A stretch of DNA of 58,537 bases, the filler included, from Porpidia crustulata (Eukaryota), in the NCBI GenBank assembly GCA_964255105.1. It is 5 parts of 5 records of this genome, joined end to end, with 100 filler letters (N's around TTAATTAATTAA, not from the genome) between each part and the next. Parts side by side here need not be neighbours in the genome. Positions count along the whole stretch, not along the records: positions 1 to 11,634 come from CAXUWE010000624.1; 4 more parts are not named here. One strand, written 5' to 3'. Position numbers and translations under genes: made by a program. Shown here piece after piece: positions 1 to 11,734 of the stretch (within the stretch, counting starts at the first letter, position 1; each line of letters begins with the position of its first letter). The notes under the pieces are model-generated. The model did no database searches. It was not told the DNA's origin and saw nothing but the letters and a program-made list of their open reading frames with translations.

Positions 1-724
1 CCCTTGATCTAAGCTTTTGAACCGGAATTTGCTGCACCGACTCGCCAATGGATCAATGATCCTCGTCACATAATTGCAAATCAGACAGAACCTCGTGATC
101 TTGCTGTACGTCTCCATCGTCCTCCTCAAGGCGCTCTGGGCGTCTTGCGTCATACTGTCTGCTTCGTCGAGGATAATGATCTTGTACGGAGGACATGGGT
201 ACTTGTCTTTGTAGTGTGGCGGAGGGTTTGAGAGTTGCATCCTCGCAAAATCCTTGACCTTTTCGCGCACGATGGAGATGCCACGCTCGTCGGAGGCATT
301 GAGTTCGAGGACGCGGGTTTTGAACATTTCGGGGCCATACAGCTCTTTTGCTAGGGCGAGGATGGTAGAAGTTTTACCAGTTCCTGGTGGTCCATAGAAT
401 AGCATGTGAGGGAGCTGGAAAGGTCTTACGTTAGTACTTTTGGTGAATGTGTTCGTGGGATTAATTGCAGACGTTTGAAGCTTGCAGCGTCCGTTGTAGC
501 ACAGTGATTGTGTGGTCTTGAGCAGTGACATCGTTGAGGCTTTTGGGGCGACTGTCAAATCATCAGTGACTTGATCACCACCTGCTACTGTAGCGCTATA
601 CTGACTACTTTTCAACCCATGGCTGTAGATTCTGGGTTTCTTTGGGAGCTGCGGTTTTAGAGGAGGCGGCTCCGTTTGCTGCGGCAGCAGCAGCTCGAGC
701 CTTGTTGTCAAAAAAACTCGCCAT
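1..724 (-). CDS. RFC2: Replication factor C small subunit (Rfc2/RFC4 type), 3' end cut off by the window/contig start
   Basis: Manual translation from ATG 724 across introns 552-605 and 415-472 gives [10 protein letters not shown]...QPWVEKYRPK...[17 protein letters not shown] (Walker A)...[11 protein letters not shown]...[22 protein letters not shown]...SRC. These are the diagnostic clamp-loader motifs. The gene is not in the ORF track. Confidence 0.95.
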
Positions 725-813
725 ATTCTCCGGTAGGTGATGCAATTACTTTGTTAACTACTTGAGCCAACGCTCGAGCTTATGGACATCAATATCGAAC
801 ATTTACCATATCC

Positions 814-841
814 ACGCCTACGCGAACGCGCCTGACGCGCC
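814..841. promoter_or_regulatory. Cluster of MCB-like ACGCG boxes upstream of RFC2
   Basis: ACGCCTACGCGAACGCGCCTGACGCGCC holds three ACGCG cores about 100 bp upstream of a replication gene. MCB/MBF control of replication genes is established in fungi. Confidence 0.6.
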
Positions 842-1815
842 TGGCGCATAGGGTAGGCCGAGATGTGTGCTAAGGACGATAGCATACCATTTCGATCATA
901 GTAGTTGGCTTTGAAAGACTGATAGGCAAGTTGAATGTTTATCTTCCTTTGCCCACTATTTCAAATTGCAAACCCCCTCCGGCCAGCCTAGAGAGTGAGC
1001 AATTATTCAATCTCCACCTCGTCTCCAAACAGCGGTGCACTGTAGGAGTGCGCAACGACCGTGTCGCTGCCTGACGTCGAGTTTGTACCCAATGTGCATG
1101 CTATTTGATGGATGATGCAAAGCAAGAAATAATGTAAAGTTTGCTCCCTACTTCCACCAATCAGAATTCTTGCTTTCCCTCCTTCACATTCTCAAACATC
1201 CGATCTAAAGAGCCTCTGCAGCCAGATTCCTACACCCAGCATACAAGACCAAGGGGGATAGGCGTACCAGAGTATGTGGGCTATCGTGTGGCATGAAAGT
1301 CTTGCCAGGTATTTTTCCCTTTAGCCGGGCTGCTATTTTCTCACCCTTGGATTAGTAGAGTTTCTGCAGTTTACCCCATCATCAGATTGAAAGCATTCAA
1401 TTAGAACGCTTATATTTGAATGTTATGCAGCTCCATGCAGCTCCGTTATTCGGAACCTTTTAAGAGCTTCCATGTGTTGAGCAAGACTATTATCGACACC
1501 TTCGACACTTTCTGCAGCCATGCAAGGCCAATGCAACGTTACGTCTGACAATCTGGCCAGGCAACAGCATCATGGAAGTTGAGACATTTCAGGATACTCG
1601 ACAACCTGCATGCGCCAATATGTCTTTGAGACGCATTCCCTGCTTCCAAAACACTACATTCGCCTGCTCCTGGAGCGTAATTACAGCCTTCTAACTGTTC
1701 GAGGAGTTGCCTAATTTATCATCCCTGAAGCATGGCTTGACCGCTTTATCGAGTGTCCCGAATACAAGATTTTGATTAGTACAGTACGTTCTATGATACA
1801 GTCTAGGGCATTCCC

Positions 1816-3272
1816 CTATCTCGAAATCTGCTGATTCGGGTCTTGGTAAGATATATCCAAATCCACAGATCTCAAAATTCCGTCACGTGCATGTTTTGCC
1901 CTCGATGTACCGATCTGAGTTTCGTATTGAGGACGATCTCCAAAGTGTTTCCGATCAGAGAGCTCCAAATAGGAGCTCTCTGGACGGCGTGAACTTCTTG
2001 ATGTTGATGTAAGCCGAAACCGCTTCATCAACTTGTTGATCGAAAGATATGAAGTGTTAGTACTACTCGGTGATGTTGTGCTCAAAGAGTGCTTCATCAA
2101 TGCGGCAAAGGAAGGCATTGCGCCGCAGATGATGGCGATATCAATTTCGCAAATTCTGCGGAAAACATATTAATAACTTTCCAAAGGGGCACGTATCGGG
2201 AACAAGGCTACCTACATGGCCAAGAAAAGAATGCCTTGGTTCCATGTACCGTCCATTGTAAGGAAGATCTCGATACGATAAACAAGGCCAATCACACTAG
2301 CAACACATCCACTATGAGATCATCAGCGCTGAGGTATTTAGGACCAGGGGAGTCTCGTACAGAATTCCGGTCATGAATATAGCACTTATCAAGATCTTTT
2401 TACTTCGCGGCATCTGCAGGCTCCAGACGATATGGAAGGGGATCATCATTAACCAAAGATCGAGCAGAACATTGGCTACCCCCTGCACAATTCCGAAGAT
2501 AATTGTCCGAGCACATTTCATGAGAACAGGGCGGTCGCTCCATGTTTGCCCCCTCCGTGGCGTACAAAAGTAAAGCTCAAGAGGCAGATTGACCCAATAA
2601 AGACATAAGCAAAACACCAAAGTACCATATATTGTAAGCCTAAAACTTCGCTTTGTACCAGAGAGAATTCGAAGATATAGCAGGAGAAGTGACGCTTTGG
2701 CGAAAAATGTTGTTGGCCCAAGGAGCAAGCTCTGCGCGAAGATACTCTATTCCACGTTAGTGAGGATTTCATGAAAGGTTGAGGCAGCTAACCTTGGCCT
2801 TCTTTTCTGTAGACCAGCTTATGGGAACGTCCCACTGATGCCTGAAAAGATAGCTTGCTAATTCCTGTATTAGGTCACACAAAGAGTCCAGGTCAACAGG
2901 GCTACCCACTTTGTAAGACCAAAGAGTTGAAGCAAATAGCTAATATCTGCAATTATGCTTAGTAAAGCGGCGTGAAAGAAAAGATCAAATTGGGGTTAAG
3001 AAAGAGCATTGCTACCACAGCGACTAAAGACATATCTTGGGATTGTTAGTACAGCACCAGCATTATATGGATGACATTGACGCACAATCGTCGAGGCCAA
3101 CTGAGCACGATACGCAAGCGCTATGATACAGTCTTCCTGAAACAACGACAAGAATCAAAAAGAGCATCACGACGGATACAGCAATAGTGGCTCCTGACCC
3201 AGTTTCTGGGTTAATGAAGTTAGATGTTATTCCTGGTGGTGGAGTGGCAGCTGGCATCTTTGCTCGGTCCAT
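1816..3272 (-). CDS. Multi-pass membrane protein of the fungal rhodopsin-domain/PTH11-like (SAT4-like) family
   Basis: N-terminus MDRAKMPAATPPPGITSNFINP followed by a TM helix, then GLDD, RHQWDVP, FAKASLLLLYLRI and NVLLDLWLMMIPFHIVWSLQMPRSKK. It is split into several short exons and ends in a Ser-rich tail with the stop at 1816. Some exon boundaries are approximate. Confidence 0.8.
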
Positions 3273-3861
3273 GTCTGTGAGTTTGACAATAGCGACAGCT
3301 TGCCCGCCGAGATCTTGATATGTTTCCGCACGCTCGGCCACGGATTGATAATCTAAGCGTTGATCAAGTTCATGGAGCGGACTTCAAAGTAGCATGCGCT
3401 TATCTGGGGCAGGGAGCCTCGTGGATACCTTTTTCTTTATGAATGTAGGATGGCTGTGAGCTTGTCGGCTATGAGTTATATTCTCGAAACCGCGGCTACA
3501 TAGATATATTATCTGGGGAACGCGACGTGCTTTTGGGTTGGAGAATTGGTCGGTCGCAAATGGCATGCATCGTAACCGGTATGGACATGAACGAATCAAC
3601 AAGAGACAGTCAAGTGCGTTACGGTGCAGTGCCGTAGGTGGACATGGGAGCTGCAGGTGGAGTCTGAGCCACCAATATCCGACCGGCATCAGGTTGAGGG
3701 TAACTGTGTCAAGGAAGGTTTCAGGAATTCGCTCACACCGTTCTTGTACGACCCTCCATCGGTGATAAGAGTCAATACTCCGTGTCTCTCTGCACGATGC
3801 GCCCAGTACCCATGTCCAAAGGTCTTGACATTCACGTTCAAAACACTTCTTGTGAGATCAC

Positions 3862-5550
3862 ATGTGGAACCTATCTGGACCCCTGGGTCCAGCTCTCCTT
3901 CTTACCAGCTACTTCCAACTCGCTACAGCTGGAGCGACGACCCAAACCATGCCAAACTCTCAAACCGCTGTAAGTTTATTCAGCTACGTACAAATTCTCC
4001 TCGTGTTCTGAAAGGCTGATGTATACTGTCGTAGTGTGCGGCACTCTCCTCGTTGTTGAAAGACAAAGTCTCCTACCCTGGTCAACCAGCCTACAAAACC
4101 ACGGCAGACGCCTATTTCTCGGCCCAAGAAGAGCAGCTTTCCCCAGCCTGCATGGTTGCTCCCGAAAGCAGCGAGGACGTTGCCAAGATCATCAAAACTT
4201 TAGTACAGCATAATTCAAATTTTGCCGTTCGGGGTGGAGGACATACGCTGAACAGCGGTGCTGCCAATATTGAAGCTGGCGTCACGATTAATATGAGGCG
4301 CATGAATCAGATAGATGTTAACGCCGAGAAGAGCACGGTTTCCATCGGCGGCGGGGCGAAATGGGGAGAAGTCTATCCAGAGTTGGACAGGCTTGGCATC
4401 TCAACTTCTGGCGGCCGCGTAGCTGATGTTGGAGTTGGAGGGCTGTCCACTGGAGGTAAGTAGGCGGAAATTTCGCATTCATACCACATTCTGACAACAC
4501 CAACAGGAGGTATTTCGTATTACAGCGCAAGACAGGGCTTAGTCTGCGACAATATCGAAAACTACGAAATTGTAACCTCAGATGGCAAGATAATCAACGT
4601 TAACCAAAAAGAAAATAACGACCTTTGGATTGCTCTCAAGGGTGGCTCAGGAAGCAATTTCGGCGTCGTCACCCGGTTCGACATTCGAACCTTTCCGCAA
4701 GGAAAATTCTTGGGTGGTGTCACCGTTTGTCCGATCTCAACGCTCGACAGCCAGCTGAAAGCCTTTGTAGATCTGCTCGACAATTTTGACCCGAATGCAG
4801 CTGTCATTATGAGTATAAGCTGGAATCAACCCCGAAATAGCTTCTCCATTTTCAGCAATCTTCAGTATACGCAGCCGGTTGAGAAACCACCCGCGCTGGC
4901 ATCCTTCTTGCAAGTCCAACCTCAGATGCTGAACACGATGCGTATTTCCAATCTAAGTGACTTTGCTGTTGAAGCAGGAAAATTTGCACCCAGCGGAACG
5001 CGGTATGTAGAATATCGACCTCCTTCCGACTATTGCTTGATACTCGCGCTGACCAATATCCAGCGCCAAATGGGCTACAGCAACCTTCGGAGGGGGCCTC
5101 CCAGTGCTCCAAACCGTCCAAGGCATCTGGCGCGATAGCATCTCCAGCGTTTCCTCCATCGAAGGCGTCAATTGGGCATTTGTCATCCAGCCATTCCCAC
5201 CAGCCTTCTCGAGCAACACGGCCAAGCTCGGCGGTAATTCACTGGGCCTGAACCCAGCTGACGGCCCGCTCACGCTTATGCTCCTCTCTTACAGTTGGTC
5301 GAAACCCTCGGATGATCAGACAATCGATAAAATTGCTCAAAAGCTTCTGGCGGACATTGACGCTGCCACGAAAAAAGCTGGTGCCTTCAATCGATACCGA
5401 TATCTGAACTATGCTGCGTCGTGGCAGGACCCTCTATCTGGATATGGGGAAGACAGTCTGCAAAGATTACAGTCCGTCAGCAAGAAATACGATCCTGTAC
5501 AACTATTTCAGCGTAACTGCCCCGGTGGTTTTAAAGTGTCCAATAGCTGA
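3862..5550 (+). CDS. Secreted FAD-linked oxidoreductase (VAO/berberine-bridge-enzyme superfamily)
   Basis: Signal-peptide-like exon MWNLSGPLGPALLLTSYFQLATAG, then intron 3970-4034. Motifs FAVRGGGH (covalent-FAD His), GRVADVGVGG, DLWIALKGGSGSNFGVVTRF and the C-terminal YLNYA...YG...KYDP...PGGFK. Further introns near 4456-4508 and 5003-5063. Confidence 0.9.
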
Positions 5551-5677
5551 GTAGAGCCGTTTAAAGCCAGTCCCGAAGAAGTAGATCCATAAATCTAGAC
5601 ACAGTCTTTCATCATCACTATGCCTCAAATCCGTTAACTTTCGTAGTGCCACATATCTCATCAAGGAGGCCGCCTCA

Positions 5678-7506
5678 CTAAGGGTAGTGTTTGTTGATGC
5701 CACGCAATCTCATTGTCGGTTTCTGCTTAAGGCGAACCAAAAACTCTCCTTTGGGCTCCAAGGTTGTCAGGGCTGGCTTGTTCCAATCTACCTGTGGTAC
5801 TTCAAGTTTTCCTGTGCCTGGCCTCTTCGCGTTGGCTGGCTGAATCTCGAATCTGTCCAGAGCGGTAGCGACGAACGAAAACACTTCTTGCTTCGCAATC
5901 GTACGACCAGGGCACAGCGTTTTGCCTCCACCGAAAGGATAGTATCCTTTCATGGCTGGCGATGCTTCGTTTGTCAGCCAGCGTTCGGTACTGAACTCCA
6001 AGGCGTCATCGCCGAAGATTTCGTTGCTGAGATGGAAAAACCGGAATGGGGCCATAACCTGGTTCCCTGGATGGACTGTTTTGCCTCCCACCACGGTCGG
6101 TTCGACTGCGTTACGAACCACTGAAGACGAGGTGTAGAGGCGCAAACATTCAGACCAGACAGCATTGAGACTAGAGCACTTATCAGTGAGACAATCAATG
6201 TCCAACGAGCCATCTTCTCCAATTGCTGACTGCGTCTCGGCTGAGATGTCGTTGTACAGCGATTCGTCACAAATGATGTGTGAAAATACCCAGAACAAGA
6301 TCTTGTGCGTATTTAGATGGATACTGTCTGTAGTTGAGAACCTGCAATGAAAGTATCGTAACCAGGGGGGAAGTTACCTACCCCCAAAGCATGATCAGGC
6401 TAATCGCCGAAGCTACTTGGATTGAAAGACCGAGTTTTTGTTGTTCAGACTGCATCCTCTCAAAGAGCCAACTAATGCCCGGTCTTTCTTTGGCCGAAAG
6501 AGTATAGAATCTGGTAAACGTATCGATGAGACGCTGTCGCGCTCTCTGCATGTCCCTCGCAAGGAATCCGGGATGTTGATAAGCGACCTTCCAGCTGGTG
6601 CTTTCCCATTCCATGTAGTGCTGAACAAATTCGGCATCAATACTGAATATGCTATGCCCCAAGAATGCTTCGCTTGCTGTCTTAATCAGGGTGTGCCTAC
6701 ACCAGTGAAAGAGGCTTATTGTCTTTTCGGCGACTTCGGTCGAGCGAATGTAATGTGGAGAGGACGTGTTCCACGATACAGCGGAAATGATGAGTTCGGT
6801 CGAAACCCTCTGCACCTCGTTCATACGCGCACCCGGCTGTAGTTGATCTTTGATCCAACCCTCTTGAACATCGAAATAATTTTTCCTCGTTGGGTTCTCC
6901 ACAATGAAGGAAGGCTGTGGCTTCTCGGGCCCACGATAGAACTTGGCAGGATCTTCTTCCCATATACGGCTGATAGAACTATCCGGGACACCAATTCCAC
7001 GATGTATTTTTTGTGCAAAATAGTCAAACGTCAAAGACTTCGTACTCTTCCAAACGAGCGGTACGTCGTGAGAGTTACGAACAATGACCATGGTCAGGCC
7101 ACCCACGCTTATCGCTATTGGGTCTTTTCCCTCCAGCTCTCTGAGCCATGTATCAGTGTTAAACTCCGACGAACAAAGTAATGGATTTTGAGGATGTCCT
7201 GACATACTTGACGCGGCTAAGAATGCTATCCGGGTGCCTCAGGAACGATATAGTATGCCCTGTGCATAGCAGATGAGCAGGCGATACAGTTATAGGCCGA
7301 CCAATTGAAGACCTACCGATGAAAGGAATCAAATATGGTAGCAAGCGTGGCTCGTTCGGCCATATTTGAGGTACAACTGAAAATCTCCAAAAGCGCCAAG
7401 CAATCCACACCGTGAATAGGGAAAAGGTTGAGATAAAGATCACTGACTCCGCGTATGAGGGGGCATCGTAGAGACTGTAGAACCCTTTTATCATAGATGA
7501 GAACAT
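5678..7506 (-). CDS. Cytochrome P450, CYP7/CYP8-like (group IV) type
   Basis: N-terminal TM anchor followed by LPYLIPFIG. K-helix ECLR, ERW, and heme motif PFGGGKTLCPGR. The spliced I-helix reads MLWGIHLNTHKILFW. Confidence 0.9.
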
Positions 7507-8294
7507 CAAGCTGTTTCGACGAGCTCTTGGCTCAGATTGCAACGGCTGGGACAGTGGAGCTGGTACAGAGATGGAAATGAAAAAGCGAAGGCTAGAGGTA
7601 TCAGCATCAGGTTCACGTTCACGGCCTTGAAATGCCCCAATCATTCTTTCTGCCTTAGTCATTATATTTCGGAGGTATAAGCTCCTATCTGTTCCTGCGG
7701 ACCGCTGCCTAGTCTGGACAAGTTTCAGCTGTCTGGGTAGAATGCCTTGATTCCAGAAGGTGGCTGCCAGCGTCTAGCAGCAGCGCCAATTAGCTCAACG
7801 TTCATGCTGGCCCATGGTGGGATGTATGTCTTACTACGCACACTTCGGGGGCAAGTCCAATTCCAGTGGACTAGAATACGATGTCAACGTAATAGTGATC
7901 ATCGGGCTATGTTGCAAGCATCTTAGACTTTTCATGTGCGTTTCAAGGGTAGCGATGACGATCCTACTGGTATAACCGTGCATATAGGGAAGATTATGCG
8001 ACTTAAGCTCAGCTGCATCCCAAATACCTGTCATACAATGGCCTCATACGGAAGGAAATTCTGTCGCCAGGTTTAATGGAGTACCCATGGCAGAGAGGTG
8101 CACGTCCCTATGCCCTGTAAACAAAGGCTGTGCCCCGAGAGGAAGGCACCCACTACTTAAAGCCTTGCAGCCAGGGGGCATGGTATGAGCAGTACTGAAT
8201 GGACATAAAGGAACCCGGATGTCTTCAATTACTTGCATACCCCCGATCTTGAATCGTCGAAGATCCAACGAATGCCAGCATGCATAAAGAGCCC

Positions 8295-10124
8295 ATGGAA
8301 TCGCCATTTCCATGCGACCTGTCCTTTCGTCAGGGTTATGCCTTGCTACTTATATGTATTGTTTCACTAGTTGGAATTCGCTTGCTTTCAACTCGTTATT
8401 TCCATCTTAGAGGGATCCCAGGTCCATATTGGGCTGGCTTCACTAGACTATGGCTCCTGAAAACCCTGGCCTCAGAAGATTGTTCAAAAGTCTACGCACA
8501 ACTAAGTCGGAGATATGGTTGGTTCGGTCTTGACCCATCAAGTAAACACTGATTGTTCTTGGCAGGACCACTTGCACGCATCGGCCCAAACCATCTTTTG
8601 ATCAGTGACCCAGAATCAATCCGAAAGATTTTGGCGGTTCGATCGCGCTATACACGGGGCCCTTTCTATGACTGCCTTCGTATTAATCCCCTTATGACGA
8701 ATGTTATTACCGAAAGGAGTGAGAAAAAGCATCAAATCCTGCGACATAAGACCGCGGGCGGGGTGACCATTGCTAGTTTCAAACCGATTTGTTCAATACT
8801 GACATTTCTTTTAGTATGGTGGAAGTGAAATCCAACATTTTGAACAGACCCTCGACGCCCGGATCAAGGAATGGGTTAGCTACATTGACATGAACGGTGT
8901 GTCCAGCGATTCAAACACAATTAAATTCGACATGGCCCGCAGCATACAGTACTTGACCACAGACCTAATAACTCACCTATGCTTTGGACAGCCGTTCGGA
9001 CTCGTCAAGTCTCACGGAGATGTCTATGACCTAATCAAGACTTTCGAGTCAAGGCTTCCGATTGTCAAGTTCCTCACCGTACTCGTGGAAGTCAGTACTT
9101 TGATCTCCTTCATTGCCGCGACGCCAATACTCAACCGCGTACTACCTCAACCGACCGACAAAAATGGGCTCGGCAGAATAACAGGAGTATGGCAACTCAT
9201 GAGTTTCCTTTTACATGAAGAAGTACTAACACACTAGATCTCTCGCGCGGTTGTCGCCAAGCGCTTTGGGCCGGACGCCACTTGTCAGAATGACATGCTA
9301 GGGTCCTTTTTAAAACATGGCATATCCAAAAAGCAAGCCGAGTCCGAGATTACCGTGGCACTGTAGGCTTCCAGGTTGTTGTCTGAACAATAGTAACACA
9401 GCTCGGCTAACGTCTGACGTCGTGTCAGGTTCGCTGGCTCTGACACTACGGCCACTGGACTCCGTAGCGCTATCCTGCATATCATCTCTAATCCACCTGT
9501 TTACACCAGACTGAGAGACGAGATAGATCTCGCCATGTCCTCGGGCCAGATTTCCAGCCCGGCGCGAGATAGCGAGGTAGCCAAGCTGCCTTACCTCCAA
9601 GCATGTATCAAGGAAAGCCTTCGCATATTTCCTCCCATAGTAATGCTTCGCGAGCGTGTTGTCCCTTCTGGCGGCGACATGCTGAACGGGCATTTTGTAC
9701 CAGAAGGCGTCAACGTTGGCATCAATATGACTGGATCCCTTCTTGATCAAGTCTTTGGCCCAGACCCTGACGTTTACAGACCTGAGAGGTGGCTACTACG
9801 CGAGGAATCCTCGCATCTTACACAGATGGAGCGCGTGCACGAGCTGGTATTTGGTTATGGCGCTACCAAATGTATGGGTATTCCGCTGGCAACCATGACG
9901 ATGAACAAAGGTCTTGTAGAGGTATTCTTCCGAGTCTCATTCAAGTTTGCTCAAACTGGTGGTGACTAATGAAATCCCGGCAGCTTTTAAGGCGTTATGA
10001 ATTGACCGTCGTCCAACCCATTAGCCCCTGGAATAGTAGTTGTCACGGCATCTTCTTTCAAAAGGATTTTTGGCTTCGTATCACGCGAAGGCAGAGCTAT
10101 AAAGCTGACACCGTTACTGCGTAG
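8295..10124 (+). CDS. Cytochrome P450, pisatin-demethylase-like
   Basis: TM anchor followed by IPGPYWA, then ARIGPN. Spliced I-helix ALFAGSDTTAT, K-helix ESLR, PERW, and heme motif FGYGATKCMG. The last exon LLRRYEL...DFWLRITRR ends at TAG 10122-10124. Confidence 0.92.
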
Positions 10125-11634
10125 AGAAGATAGAGATATTCCAGAGATGATGTAAAATTTCTTTAAATTGGATCACTGAAGAGTCGAATTCAAAGTATGC
10201 TGCTGATGAGATATAAGAGAGCTATTTGGTAAATTTTTAAAGAGACAAATGAGACGTCGGATTTCTTTAAGATAAGCTGGCGAAGCTAGGGAAATTTCTT
10301 TCTCTTTTACTGCCGAGGCTGGGGGACTATGAACTTGCTTGATCGTCGTCGATGTATTAAGATTTTCTTAATATTCTGTGTGAGTGTATACTGCGACATT
10401 GGCAACAATTACCCCCTTTCTCATTAGTAGCTTTCTGCGCTTGCTAGGTAGTACTTCTAGGTAGACTGATCTGTGCATTATATAAGCATCGAAATCTTCC
10501 ACGATTGGAAAGGGACTCTGCCGCCTCCGCGATTTGTCTCAGCGCGAGTAATACCAAAGCAAATTGTAAACCCACCTGTAGCGAATGTGGTAGCCGTAAA
10601 TCGTTGAGATCGATATAAATGCCCAACCTCTTTTCCCATTTAAAAGCGCAACAACGGTGAATCGGCCAATTGTGCATATGAGAAGGTGGTCTTTAAGCGA
10701 TTTGAATAGAATATGCTGATATGATGCTCATCCACGCTTGAGTTACTTGAGGAACGACATCGTCTTGAAAGCATAGTATTTTATAGTACCCAATAGTAGC
10801 TTGATCTGTTGGTAATTCTGAGAAGGTTTCTGTCTTCTCGGACTTCCTGTAATAGGCTGTGTTGATTAGGGGATTAGGTCATTCTTGGTCTTATCATGAG
10901 TGGTTAGATCATTGATCCATTGCCTGCATATATAAAAACCAGTATCTCGTTAACTTCCATAACTGTCTCTTTTTAGTTCAGTTTCGATAGTAGTTGTGAG
11001 CGGATCTCATATCTATTGCCGCTCATTGTACTTGGGCGCTATTTCGCTCAGCTAAACATCCACACTTTACAGCTCTAGGGCTTCCCTGCGATCCAAAAAA
11101 CCTCCAAGGTTGGAGAGGCATACCGTTTTTGCTTTTTTTCGTGTCCTCCCTTGGAAGAGTCCCCTTGGATAATATGCCTTTCGACCTGACCCGTGTAGTC
11201 CTCATCTCTTAATGGTGTTGTCTTCTAATTAAAAATTATTAGGAATGATAGGCTGTGCACACAATATTTGAATATATGAAAACGAGGTTTGAACAACGCT
11301 TAGCGGCAATCTCGGGTCAGCTTGAAGACAGGATACAAGGATTTGAGAGAGTACTCAATCATTGAAGAGAACCATAGTATCGGTGTTGCGATGGATTGGT
11401 TTTCTGGGGATGGAAAACCTGAGTTGCTACCTAAAGTGCCACAGTGCTCAGCTATCAAATCGTTCGAGTGGAAAGAAAGCTAGCAGGTGATCGGGAAGAC
11501 CAGAAGCGTACTAGCTCGATGTAGTGTCCATCATCGTACCCAACATCAAACCAAAACCCACAACGCTCCTCCCTTCAACCTACAACCTGCTCAAGCCCTC
11601 CATTCCAATACAATGTTCCCCATAGAACATGAAC

Positions 11635-11734
11635 NNNNNNNNNNNNNNNNNNNNNNNNNNNNNNNNNNNNNNNNNNNNTTAATTAATTAANNNNNNNNNN
11701 NNNNNNNNNNNNNNNNNNNNNNNNNNNNNNNNNN
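11635..11734. other. Artificial contig linker (44 N + TTAATTAATTAA + 44 N)
   Basis: Identical 100-nt spacer carrying stop codons in all six frames. Confidence 0.99.

Noticed and set aside
11679..11690. TTAATTAATTAA palindrome recurring about every 11.7 kb
   Set aside because: A synthetic six-frame stop linker inside N runs, not biological periodicity.
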